Position numbers and translations under genes: made by a program
The notes under the pieces: generated by a model
What the model saw: only the letters and a program-made list of their open reading frames with translations
What the model was told of the DNA's origin: nothing
Databases searched by the model: none
Assembly (NCBI GenBank): GCA_038207335.1
Contig: JBBQZX010000002.1
Coordinates: 64,001-128,000 of the forward strand
Direction of reading: 5' to 3'
DNA length: 64,000 nt
Source of the DNA: Chthoniobacterales bacterium
Lineage (GTDB): Bacteria; Verrucomicrobiota; Verrucomicrobiia; Chthoniobacterales; Chthoniobacteraceae
Shown: piece by piece, positions 19,585 through 29,800 of the stretch
How the letters are laid out: every line of letters begins with the position of its first letter
Position numbering within the stretch: the first letter of the stretch is position 1

Positions 19585-20601
19585 TTACACGAGCCTGACG
19601 GCGCCGGTGCCGGGGGCGATGTGGCCGATGGGGCGGGCTTTAGTCAGGCGGATGATTTCGGGGGCGTCTTTTTCGGCGGTGATGATCGTCATGCCGATGC
19701 CCATGTTGAAGACTTGGAACATCTCGGAATGCTCGACGTTTCCGCCGCGCTCGATGTGCTGGAAGATCGCGGGGATTTTCCACGAAGCGGTGTCGATGAC
19801 CGCGTCGCAGCTCTTTGGGAGGACGCGCGGGATGTTGTCGATGAGACCACCGCCGGTGATGTGGGCAAGGCCTTTGATCAAGCGCTGAGGCAGGCTGGCG
19901 AGGAGCGGTTGGTAGTTGCGATGCACGCGGAGGAGTTCGTCGCCGATGGTTTTTGGCACGCCGTCGAGTTTGGATTCGATCGGGAGTTTCATCTGTTCGA
20001 AGAGGACTTTTCGCGCGAGGGAATAGCCGTTGGTGTGGAGGCCATTTGACGGGAGGCCGAGGATCACGTCGCCGTTTTTGATGCGGCTGCCGTCGATCAT
20101 TTTCACTCGATCGACGACGCCGACGATGGTGCCGCAGAGGTCGTATTCGCCCGCCTGATACATGCCGGGCATCTGCGCGGTTTCGCCGCCGATGAGCGCG
20201 CATCCGGCTTGTTTGCAGCCTTTGGCAAAACCGCGGAGGAGTTGCCGGAAGACGCGCGGCTCGAGCTTTTCCGCCCCGATGTAGTCGAGGAAAAAGAGCG
20301 GGCGCGCGCCTAGGACGGCGATGTCGTTGACGCAGTGGTTGACGAGGTCCTGGCCCATCGTGTCGTGGCGGTCGAGGGCGAAGGCGAGCTTCAGTTTCGT
20401 GCCGACGCCATCGACGCTGGAGACGAGGACGGGGTCGCGCATCCCTTTGAAATCGGGGCGGAAGAGGCCGCCAAAGCCGCCGATTTTTCCGAGGACTTCG
20501 GGGCCGTGCGTGCCTTTGACGAGCGCTTGGATTCCGCTCTTCACTTTGTTGCCGAGGTCCACATCGACGCCGGCGGCGGCGTAGGCTTTTTGAGATTTCA
20601 T
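19585..20601 (-). CDS. purM: Phosphoribosylformylglycinamidine cyclo-ligase
   Basis: YAAAGVD, DGVGTKL, PLFFLDY, LIGGETAQMP, SNGLHTNGYSLARK, HITGGG, FNMGIG. Confidence 0.98.
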   Translation of the reverse strand: MKSQKAYAAAGVDVDLGNKVKSGIQALVKGTHGPEVLGKIGGFGGLFRPDFKGMRDPVLVSSVDGVGTKLKLAFALDRHDTMGQDLVNHCVNDIAVLGARPLFFLDYIGAEKLEPRVFRQLLRGFAKGCKQAGCALIGGETAQMPGMYQAGEYDLCGTIVGVVDRVKMIDGSRIKNGDVILGLPSNGLHTNGYSLARKVLFEQMKLPIESKLDGVPKTIGDELLRVHRNYQPLLASLPQRLIKGLAHITGGGLIDNIPRVLPKSCDAVIDTASWKIPAIFQHIERGGNVEHSEMFQVFNMGIGMTIITAEKDAPEIIRLTKARPIGHIAPGTGAVRLV

Positions 20602-20654
20602 GAGTTCAAAAATGGGGTGCGGATGTCTCTCAACTTTCGACTTTCAGACACGCC

Positions 20655-22100
20655 TCAAAACAGCTCCGGGTGCTCATCGTCGCTCGCTAGGAGATTCACG
20701 CGCTGGCTGCGGCGCTCCATGATGAATTTGTCGAGGTCGGGATCGACAGGGACGGGATATTCGCCGTTGAAGCAGGCAAGGCAGAAGTCGTTGGCGGGCT
20801 GCTGCGTGGCGCGCACCATGCCGGGGACATCGAGGTACCCGATGGAGTCGGCGCCGAGGTAGTCGCGGATTTCGTCGAGCGTGTGCTGGTTTGCGATGAG
20901 TTTCTCGGGGTCGGGAAAGTCGATGCCGTAGTGGCACGCGTGCCGGTGCGGCGGGCACGAGATGCGCATGTGGACTTCTTTCGCGCCAGCTTCGCGCATA
21001 TTCACGACTCGCGCGCGGGCGGTGGTGCCGCGGACGATGGAGTCATCGACGACGACGACGCGTTTTCCGGCGACGGCTTCTTTGATGAGGTTGAGCTTCA
21101 CGCGCACGTTGAAGTCGCGGATGAGCTGCGTGGGCTGGAGAAAGGTGCGGCCGATGTAATGGTTGCGCACAAAGGATTGGCTAAACGGGATTCCGAGTTC
21201 CTCGGCGAATCCGAATGCGGCGTAGTTCCCCGAGTCGGGGACAGGGACGACGATGTCCGCCTCGGCGGGATGCTGACGCGCGAGTTCGCGGCCCATTTCG
21301 GTGCGAACGCGCGCAACATTCACATCGCTGATAATGGAGTCGGGCCGCGCAAAATAGACGTACTCGAACATGCAGAATGCCTTCTTTTCCTGCTTGAACG
21401 GGAACTCGGAGCGGATGCCATTTTCGTCGATGATGACGACTTCGCCTGGCTCGATTTCGCGGATGAATTCGGCGTGGATGAGATCAAGAGCGCACGTCTC
21501 GCTGGTGAGGACGTATGCGCCATCGAGCATCCCGAGCGCGAGCGGGCGGAAGCCGAATGGATCGCGGACGCCGATGATTTCGCGCTCACTCATCATGACG
21601 AGCGAGTAGGCGCCTTGGATTTTCCGCAGCACGGCGAGGACGCCGCTGGTGTCGCGCGGCTGTGCGAGAAGATGGAGGATGATTTCGCTATCGACGGTGG
21701 TCTGAAAAATAGAGCCGCGCTGCTCGAGTTCGTCGCGAAGGATACTGGCGTTGACGAGGTTGCCGTTGTGTCCGATGGCGAGTTGGCCGCGGCCGCAGTT
21801 GACCATGAGCGGCTGGGCGTTGGTCAGCGTGCTCGAGCCGGTGGTGGAATAGCGGACGTGACCGATGGCGCGCGTGCCGGTAAGGCGGTCGATATCGGCG
21901 GGCTGGAAGACCTGCGAAACAAGACCCATGGCCACATGGCGGATGAATGGGGTATTCGATCCTGTCGATGTGACGATGCCTGCGCTCTCCTGCCCGCGGT
22001 GCTGCAAAGCGAAGAGACCGTAGTAGGTCAGGAGGGCGGCGTTCGGGTGGCCGAAGACGGCGAAAACGCCGCACTCATGGGTTGGTTTGTGGTGCTTCAC
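20655..22100 (-). CDS. purF: Amidophosphoribosyltransferase
   Basis: Short propeptide then ECGVF; LQHRGQESAG, GHVRYST, EYVYFARPDS, VDDSIVRGTT, CLACFNGEYP. Confidence 0.98.
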   Translation of the reverse strand: MKHHKPTHECGVFAVFGHPNAALLTYYGLFALQHRGQESAGIVTSTGSNTPFIRHVAMGLVSQVFQPADIDRLTGTRAIGHVRYSTTGSSTLTNAQPLMVNCGRGQLAIGHNGNLVNASILRDELEQRGSIFQTTVDSEIILHLLAQPRDTSGVLAVLRKIQGAYSLVMMSEREIIGVRDPFGFRPLALGMLDGAYVLTSETCALDLIHAEFIREIEPGEVVIIDENGIRSEFPFKQEKKAFCMFEYVYFARPDSIISDVNVARVRTEMGRELARQHPAEADIVVPVPDSGNYAAFGFAEELGIPFSQSFVRNHYIGRTFLQPTQLIRDFNVRVKLNLIKEAVAGKRVVVVDDSIVRGTTARARVVNMREAGAKEVHMRISCPPHRHACHYGIDFPDPEKLIANQHTLDEIRDYLGADSIGYLDVPGMVRATQQPANDFCLACFNGEYPVPVDPDLDKFIMERRSQRVNLLASDDEHPELF

Positions 22101-22162
22101 GCGGTTCGAGAGGCGCGGAGATTAGCTGGCGCGGGGATGGGGAAAAGGGGAAAACGGTGCGC

Positions 22163-22240
22163 AGATCATTCTCGTTCTCATCCTCGAAATTTGGATGTTC
22201 GGATCGAGGACGGGGAGGAGTAGGAGGACGAGAACGATCT
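22163..22240. repeat. Imperfect inverted repeat built from 6-nt units (TTCTCG/TCCTCG versus CGAGAA/CGAGGA)
   Basis: AGATCATTCTCGTTCTCATCCTCGA ... TCGAGGACG...GAGGACGAGAACGATCT in a divergent intergenic region. Confidence 0.65.
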
Positions 22241-22249
22241 TTGATTTCG

Positions 22250-23014
22250 ATGCTTTCTCACCGCGCTCACGATTATCCTTTTCTCATGAAACGCTGGCGC
22301 GCGGTGGCTCGAGCGGCGCGGATGAAGATGCAGACGCTGGCGGATGATGGCGGTTTTCGCGTGCATTTTTTGAAAAACCCGTCGCTCGGGAATCAAGGCG
22401 GCATCTACATCTCCGCGGGAATCCACGGCGACGAGCCGGCGGGCAGCGAGGCGCTGATCGCGTGGGCGGAGACAAATGTCTCGCGGTTGCGCGAGCTGCC
22501 GGCGCTGTTTTTTCCGTGCCTGAATCCGTGGGGGCTCGTGAACAATACGCGCGTCGATGCGCACGGCTCGGACCTCAATCGGCTGTTTCATCTGGACTCG
22601 AATCCGGTCGTGGCCGCGATGCGGAAAATGGTCGCGCCGTATCGTTTCGAAGTCGCGCTGATGCTGCACGAAGACTTCGACGCGCAGGGACTCTATCTGT
22701 ACGAAGTGCAGCAGGTGAAGGGCTTCTGGGGCGAGGCGCTGCTCGATGCTGCGCGGCCATTCATCCCGATCGAGGGGCGCGCGATGGTCGATGGAAAGAA
22801 GGCTGCGGCGGGGATCATCCGGCGGAAGATTCGCGCAGCGATGTTCGATGAGATCGGATATCCCGAGGCCATCTGGCTCCACTTGAAACATGCGCAGCGA
22901 TCGCTGACTTTGGAGACGCCGTCGGAGTTCGCGCTCGATCAACGCGTGCGCGCGCAGGTCGCCGTGATCGAGGAATGCGTGAAGCGCGGGATTAGGGCGC
23001 GGGGAGCTTTTTGA
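22250..23014 (+). CDS. M14-family zinc metallocarboxypeptidase / AstE-AspA-like deacylase
   Basis: AGIHGDEPAG (HxxE), NPWG, DLNR, LHED, LETP. Start ATG 22250. Confidence 0.88.
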   Translation: MLSHRAHDYPFLMKRWRAVARAARMKMQTLADDGGFRVHFLKNPSLGNQGGIYISAGIHGDEPAGSEALIAWAETNVSRLRELPALFFPCLNPWGLVNNTRVDAHGSDLNRLFHLDSNPVVAAMRKMVAPYRFEVALMLHEDFDAQGLYLYEVQQVKGFWGEALLDAARPFIPIEGRAMVDGKKAAAGIIRRKIRAAMFDEIGYPEAIWLHLKHAQRSLTLETPSEFALDQRVRAQVAVIEECVKRGIRARGAF

Positions 23015-23570
23015 AGGGGGCGACGTAAATGTCGGGGAAAAGTTTTGCGTCGTCGGCGGTGGCAAGGTAGGCGGCGAGGGTCTCAGTGGTTTCGTGGAGA
23101 ACAACTCGCTCGACGGCGTCGGTGGCGGCGTTGCGCTCGACTTTGCCTTTTAGTTTTCCGGCGTCGATGGACTCGGCGACGGCTTTCATGGAGATGATGC
23201 GGATGGTGAGGTCGCCGCTTTTGTCGAAGTCGTAGCGCGCAAATGTGTAGGCTTCGCTGTCGGGCTTTTCACCGCCGACGGGCTTGCCGACGATGTTCAT
23301 GTAGGTGCGCTCGCCGATCTTCGTGGTGAACATCGTGTAGCCGGTGACGTCGATGCCGTTCTCTTTTTCGTGAATGACCTGGGCGATATCCATCCAGTGT
23401 TCGTCGTGCTGGCGGAAGTGGATGTAGGCGGTGTCGCCGTCGTGCTTGAGCGCCCAGACGCCGTCGAGGTGGTCGTCGATGGTGGCCTCGGCAGGGATCG
23501 ATAGCGGCAACTCGGACTCGAGGACGCAGGAGGTGAGGAGGGTGCAGAGGGCGAGCAGGAGGAAGCGCAT
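22992..23570 (-). CDS. Hypothetical lipoprotein
   Basis: MRFLLLALCTLLTSC lipobox; DDHLDGVW followed by a beta-rich body. Confidence 0.8.
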   Translation of the reverse strand: MRFLLLALCTLLTSCVLESELPLSIPAEATIDDHLDGVWALKHDGDTAYIHFRQHDEHWMDIAQVIHEKENGIDVTGYTMFTTKIGERTYMNIVGKPVGGEKPDSEAYTFARYDFDKSGDLTIRIISMKAVAESIDAGKLKGKVERNAATDAVERVVLHETTETLAAYLATADDAKLFPDIYVAPFKKLPAP

Positions 23571-23684
23571 TTGATGAGGTCGAAAGTTTTTTTTGCGACT
23601 GATCTGGATGAGGGAAAAGGTGAGCGTCGAGGTGAAGAATCGCGGAGCCGGCTTTCGAGTTTCAACCCACAACCCGCAACTGCC

Positions 23685-25454
23685 TCAGAGCAACTCGGGG
23701 TAGTGGGCCTGCGCGACGGCTTCGCATTTTGCCAGAATCGCGGTGGCGGAGTCGTCGTGCTTGATGTCGTCGATGAGCTGGAGACAGGCGGCAAGGTCGA
23801 GAGCTTGGACGGCGCGCTTGACGCGCGGAACGAGGGCTGCGCCGGCGCTAAGTTCATCGACTCCGAGGCCGAGGAGGAGCGGGGTGAGCACAATGTCGCC
23901 GGCCATTTCACCACAGACTCCGACCCATAGGCTGTGCGCGTGGCCGGCATCGACGACCATGCGGATGAGGCGGATAATGGCCGGGTGCGTGGGCTCGTAG
24001 AGGTGGCTGATTCGCTCGTTCAAGCGATCGACGGCGATCGAGTATTGGATGAGGTCGTTGGTCCCGATACTGAAGAAATCGCACTCGCGCGCGAGGATGT
24101 CGGCGGAGACAGCGGCGCTCGGGATTTCGATCATGGCGCCGACTTCCATGTTCTCGTCGAAGGGGATGTTTTCGGCGCGGAGTTCGGCACGGCATTCCTC
24201 GAGGACGGCATTCGCACGGCGCAGTTCGTCCACGCCGGAGATCATCGGATACATGATCTTGACGTTGCCGCCGGCGCTGGCGCGAAGGATGGCGCGGAGC
24301 TGTGGTTTAAAGATTTCGACGCGCTCGAGGCAGAACCGGATTGCGCGCCAGCCGAGGAAGGGATTTAGCTCTTCCGGGAGGTTGAGCGCGCTCATGAATT
24401 TGTCGCCACCGAGGTCGAGCGTGCGGATGATGACGCTGTGCGGGCGGACGTCATCTGCGACGCGCCGGTAGGCCTCGAGCTGTTCTTCCTCGGTCGGGAG
24501 CTCGGTGCGGTTGAGGTAGAAAAACTCGGTGCGATAGAGCCCGACGCCTTCGGCTCCAGCGAGCTTCACCGCGGGGATGTCCTCGGGCATTTCGATGTTC
24601 GCCGAGAGGATGACGTGGCGACCATCGAGCGTGGTGGAAGGCGTCTCGCGGAGGTCGGTGAGCTTTTCCTCGACGGCGGTTTTTTTGATCTCGAGTTCGC
24701 CGTATTCCCAGAGCGTTTGGTCGCTGGGATTGACGATGACGAGGCCGTTGTAGCCATCGAGGAGAATGTGGTCGCCGCTGGCGAGTTGGACGCTGGCATC
24801 GTGCAGGCCGACGACGGCGGGGATATTCAGCGACCGCGCCATGATGGCGGTGTGCGAGGTCTTGCTGCCGACATCGGTGGCGAAGCCGAGTACGAGTTCG
24901 CGGTTGAGTTGCGCGGTGTCGGACGGCGTCAGGTTATGCGCGATAACGATGTAAGGCGTGGTGAGCGCGGAGAGGTCGCGCCCGCGCTTGCCCATGAGAT
25001 TGTGGATGACGCGGCGGGTGACGTCATGGATGTCGAGGGCGCGCTCGCGGAGATACGGGTCGTCGATCTCGCTCAGCGTTTTCGCGTATCGGCCTGCGAC
25101 GTTTCCGAAGATGTGCTCGATATTGAGATGGTCGCGCTGGAGGGTGCGCAGGACTTCGTCGATAAGGGTGCGATCCTCCACGACGAGGAGGTGCGCGTCG
25201 AAAATGCTCGCATCTTTTGCCCCGACGGAGACGGCGATGCGCTCTTGCATCTCAAGAATTTGGACGCGCGTGGCGAGAAGCGCGGTTTCGAAGCGCGCGA
25301 TTTCGCCGGGAATTTCCTCAGCGGTGATGCGGCGCGTGGGCGGTTCTTCGTCGTCGGTGCGATAGACGAAGACGGTGCCGCGCGCGATGCCGGGCGAGAC
25401 GCCGACGCCGTGGAATCGTTTTTCCTGAGTGGAACTGGCGACCTCGTCGCTCAT
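23685..25454 (-). CDS. ptsI: Phosphoenolpyruvate-protein phosphotransferase (PTS enzyme I)
   Basis: TSHTAIMARS phospho-His motif, GVGLYRTEF, RTLDLGGDK, NPFLGWRAIR, SIGTNDLIQY, CGEMAG; no GAF domain. Confidence 0.97.
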   Translation of the reverse strand: MSDEVASSTQEKRFHGVGVSPGIARGTVFVYRTDDEEPPTRRITAEEIPGEIARFETALLATRVQILEMQERIAVSVGAKDASIFDAHLLVVEDRTLIDEVLRTLQRDHLNIEHIFGNVAGRYAKTLSEIDDPYLRERALDIHDVTRRVIHNLMGKRGRDLSALTTPYIVIAHNLTPSDTAQLNRELVLGFATDVGSKTSHTAIMARSLNIPAVVGLHDASVQLASGDHILLDGYNGLVIVNPSDQTLWEYGELEIKKTAVEEKLTDLRETPSTTLDGRHVILSANIEMPEDIPAVKLAGAEGVGLYRTEFFYLNRTELPTEEEQLEAYRRVADDVRPHSVIIRTLDLGGDKFMSALNLPEELNPFLGWRAIRFCLERVEIFKPQLRAILRASAGGNVKIMYPMISGVDELRRANAVLEECRAELRAENIPFDENMEVGAMIEIPSAAVSADILARECDFFSIGTNDLIQYSIAVDRLNERISHLYEPTHPAIIRLIRMVVDAGHAHSLWVGVCGEMAGDIVLTPLLLGLGVDELSAGAALVPRVKRAVQALDLAACLQLIDDIKHDDSATAILAKCEAVAQAHYPELL

Positions 25455-25487
25455 CGGGCGGTGGGAGGGACGCGCAGCGAGTCGCCG

Positions 25488-25796
25488 TCAGGATTCATCG
25501 AATTTCCTCTGAACGATCGCCTCGATCTCTGCCATGGCGCGCTCGGCGTCTGGGCCTTCGCAAGTGATTTTCAGCTTCGAGCCGAGGCCGGCGGCGAGCA
25601 TCATCAGCCCCATAATGCTTTTGCCATTGACCTGCTCGCCGTCCTTTTCCACCCAAACCTCGGATTTGAAACGACTGCACGTTTTTACAAACATCGCGGA
25701 GGGACGCGCGTGCAGTCCGAGCCGGTTTTGCACGGTGAGTTCCTTGCAGAGTTTCGCCTGCGTGGAGGTGTCTGGTTTGCGGCCGAGGAAGCCCAT
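25488..25796 (-). CDS. ptsH: Phosphocarrier protein HPr
   Basis: GLHARP (His15) and NGKSIMGLMML (Ser46). Confidence 0.97.
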   Translation of the reverse strand: MGFLGRKPDTSTQAKLCKELTVQNRLGLHARPSAMFVKTCSRFKSEVWVEKDGEQVNGKSIMGLMMLAAGLGSKLKITCEGPDAERAMAEIEAIVQRKFDES

Positions 25797-26753
25797 TTAA
25801 TCTGTTTTCTGCATGACGTTGAGCAATTTCTGATTGAACGCGAGCGCACTGTTCTGGCCCATGCTCTTCAATTTCTGGTCCAGCGCAGCCACCTCGACCA
25901 GCCGCGCAAGGTCGCGACCGGTCCGCACAGGGATGGTGATATGCGGAACCAGGATCTCGATGATTTCGTAGTACTCCTGATCGAGTCCGGTTCTATCGAA
26001 TTCTTCCATTTCCTGCCACTCTTTTAGCGTGACGACGAGGTCGAGCCGCTTTTCGACGCGCACGCTGCCGATGCCGAAGATGGACATGACATTGATCACC
26101 CCGATGCCCCGCACCTCCATGTGGTGGCGGGTGAGATCGGGCGATGTCCCGACCAAGTCCCGCCCCTCGAGCGCTCGAAAGCGCGTCATGTCGTCGCTTA
26201 CGAGGCTGTGTCCGCGTTCGACGAGGCCGAGGACGCATTCGCTTTTTCCGATGCCGCTGGAGCCGCGGATGAGCGTGCCGACGCCGAGGATATCGACCAT
26301 CGAGCCGTATTCGCTTTTCATCGGCGCGAAGTCGAACTCGAGCAGGAGCGTGGCGGCGTTGATGAATTTCATCGTTACCGCCGGGGTGCGAAAGACGGCG
26401 ATGCCCGCGCGCTCGGCTTCTTCTAAAAGCGCGGCGGGCGGCTTCGATGCGCGCGAGACGACGATGCACGGGATGGGGCGCTCGCAGAGGGCACGACAGC
26501 GCTCTCGGACCTGGCTGGCGGAGAGGCTTTTGAGGTAGGAAAGCTCGGCACTGCCGAAAATCTGGATGCGCTTTTCCGCGAAGTAGCTGTAGAAGCCGGA
26601 GAGTGCGAGGCCGGGGCGATTGATGGTGGGCTCGCGGATGCGACGGTCGAAGCCCGCGGGCGAGCCGAGAAGCTTCATCTCGAGGGACTCAGAGTGTCGG
26701 GTATAGAATTCGCCGACAGTGATGGTGGGGTGTTTGGCCTCGGATGGGGTCAT
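25797..26753 (-). CDS. hprK: HPr(Ser) kinase/phosphorylase
   Basis: NRPGLALSG, Walker A GSSGIGKSE, LVSDD, MEVRGIGVIN, PVRTGR. Start ATG 26753. Confidence 0.96.
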   Translation of the reverse strand: MTPSEAKHPTITVGEFYTRHSESLEMKLLGSPAGFDRRIREPTINRPGLALSGFYSYFAEKRIQIFGSAELSYLKSLSASQVRERCRALCERPIPCIVVSRASKPPAALLEEAERAGIAVFRTPAVTMKFINAATLLLEFDFAPMKSEYGSMVDILGVGTLIRGSSGIGKSECVLGLVERGHSLVSDDMTRFRALEGRDLVGTSPDLTRHHMEVRGIGVINVMSIFGIGSVRVEKRLDLVVTLKEWQEMEEFDRTGLDQEYYEIIEILVPHITIPVRTGRDLARLVEVAALDQKLKSMGQNSALAFNQKLLNVMQKTD

Positions 26754-26893
26754 CGTCGTGCGGCACTTTAGGGAAGGAAGAGACTTGCTGCGAGAAAAGA
26801 GTCCGGCTCGTGAGCAAGAGAGGTGGACGTGGAAACCAACCATTATCCAAATGGGTAGTGGCGAGGAAGGGCATCTGCCGCATATTTGCAACG

Positions 26894-29800
26894 ATGTGTC
26901 GTGCTCCCCTCCACAACGTACTCCTGCTGATCCTCACCGTCTTGGCGGCCGTGCCTGACGCTCGGGCGCAGACGATTTATCCGGTTACGAGCATCTCCAC
27001 GACGGGCTCGGAAATCCTCACCGCGACAACCAACGGCACGGTCTATGGCCGCAATCGCATGGTGCCGGGAAACGTCTCCACTTTCACCACCACGACATCC
27101 TCGGGCACGACGCCGAGTTCCGCTGCGTGCATCCTCGTCCGCGGCGGCACGCAGCCTCCGGCGTCCGGCAGTCGCGGCACGCTCACGGGCGACTGGTACC
27201 TCGACACCGGCATCATCAATCCCGGTGCCTCGACCGACTCGATGACGATCACGTTCCCGCAGCCCATCGTGAATCAACCGGGCCCCGACGTGATGATTTT
27301 CGAGATCAATGCCGGAACCACCGCGGACTCGTTCATCGTGCGGATCAACGGCCAGACTTTCACGGTCCCGACGACTGTCAGCGCGTCCGGTTGGGGCTCG
27401 ACCGGATACGCGATCACCAGCGCGGATCTCTACAACGCCAACGCAACGGTCAACTCGATCTCCGCGCTGGAAAGCGCGCCGACGAGCCTCAACAGCGCGG
27501 ACATCAACCAAACCGTCTTCGGCGTCGCGCTCGATTTTTCAAACTTCGGCGTCGCCAGCGGCGCGAGCATCACATCGATCACAATCACCTCCACCAGTGA
27601 CGCCGCAGCCATCGACCCGGTGCTCGTCGCAGGGCTCATCATTCCGCCGGAGCAGACGGGCGGACCGGTGATCGAGGAACTCATGGCCGACAACAGCGCG
27701 ACGCTCGAGGACGAAGATCTCGCGCATCCGGATTGGGTGGAAATCTACAACGGCTCAGCGATCGCGACGAACCTCTCAGGCTGGAAGCTCAGCGACGATC
27801 CCGCGTTGCCGGCGAAGTGGGTATTCCCGAATATTACCCTCCAGCCGTATGCCTCGACCTACGTTTTCTGCTCGGCAAAAAACAAATTTACCGGCGCGCA
27901 CCCGCACACGAATTTCAAGCTCAAGAAAGGGGGTGGCACAGTCTTGCTCAGCAAGCCGGACGGCACCGTGGTGACGAACATCACCTACCCTGCGCAGGTC
28001 CAGGACATCTCGTACGGCGCGGTCGGTGCGGCGCAAACGCTCGGCTATCTTGAGACGCCGACGCCCGGCATCCAGAATACCGGACGCCAAGCCGCGGGGC
28101 CACCGTGCGACGACCCAGTCTTCGATCGCGCCAGCAGCGTGCTCGTCAGCGGCGCGCCGACGACGACGCTGAGCGTCGCGCTGCCAGCCACAGCAGGCGC
28201 GGGCGCGCAACTCCGGTATCTGCTCGACAACAACTCGCCGGACGAATCCTCGCCGCTGTACACCACGCCTTTCAACCTCACCGCCAGCTTGACCGTCGCG
28301 CTGCGCGTTTTCGAGCCGGGGCGGCTGCCGAGCCGTGTGAGCCATCGCTCATTCATCCTGCTGGGAAGCGACATCGCGACGAGCTTCAACTCCTCCGGCG
28401 CGCCCTTCACCTCGAATCTCCCAATTCTCGTGATGGACAGCTACGGCGTCGCAATCGACAGCACCACCGATCCAAACTCCGTTCGCCCCGGCCGTTTCAC
28501 GCAAGTCGCCGTGTACGATCTGAACCCCGCGACCGGACGCGCTTCGATCGGCGCCACACCAACGCTCATCTCTCGCGCTGGGACGCACGTTCGCGGGCAG
28601 AGTTCGGCGGGATTTTCGGAAAAGCCTTACGCGCTCGAATTCTGGAACGAGCACAGTGACGACGACAAAAACGTGGCTCTTCTCGGCATGCCCGCCGATT
28701 CCGATTGGGTGCTGCAGACGGTCGTGACCGACAAGACCTTCATGCGCAACTACACGATGCAGCAGCTCATGCTTCAGGAGAATGGCCCGTACGCCGGACG
28801 CCGCTGCCGCTTCGTCGAGGTGTTCTTCAATCAAAACAACACCGTGTGCGACTACGGCAGCGGCACCAGCAACGACTATCGCGGCATCTACCTCCTTATC
28901 GAGGCCATTCGCCGCGGCCCCGACCGCGTGGATGTGCAAAAGCTGAACTCGGAGATGACCGCTCCCGCGCTCATCACAGGCGGCTACATTTATAAAAAAG
29001 ACAAGACTCCCTACACCGCGCCGATCACGCTCAATAGTGGCCTAGTCTATGACATCGCAGACCCACTGCCGACCGCTGCGCAGAGCAGCGCGCTCCTGAC
29101 ATATCTCAACCAAACGGACACCGCTCTCGCCCAGTCGGATTTCGCGAATCCCGCCTCCGCAAACTACTACGGCAAATGGCTCGACTGGCGCTCACTGATC
29201 GAGCGGCAAATCTGGCAGGAGACGTGCCGCGAGGTCGATAGCTACAACTACTCCTACTACTACTCGAAGGATCGCGGGCAGCCGCTGCGGGCCTTCCCGT
29301 TTTGGGATGTCGATCGCTCGCTCGGCAATGCGAACTACGGCACCGCGGACAACGCGCTCGGCTTCCGCTGGTGGAATGTCGGGTCAGGCTACGTCTATTT
29401 CAACCGGCTCTTCACCGACGCGGAGTTCACTCAGGCTTATTGGGACCGCTGGTGGAAATTGCGGCAGGGCACTTTCGCCACGAGCGCCCTCATGGCCCGC
29501 ATCGAGGCCACCGCCGCGCAGCTCACGACGAACAATCTCGGCGCGGTCGTCGATGCGGCCACCGTGACAAACACCAGCGCAAACTCGTCCGCGGCCACGC
29601 AGACACCCGCGTCGCGGCATTTCAAAAGATGGGTCACGCTCGGCACAACGAGCTACGGCAGCGGTCCTGTCGGCCAGCCCGATCGCAACACCTATCGCAA
29701 GGAACTCGACCTCATGAAGTCGTTTCTCACCTACCGCGTCGATTGGTTCGACGCGCAGTCGCCCAGCAATCTACGCCCGCCCGACCTTCTCGACGCCAGC

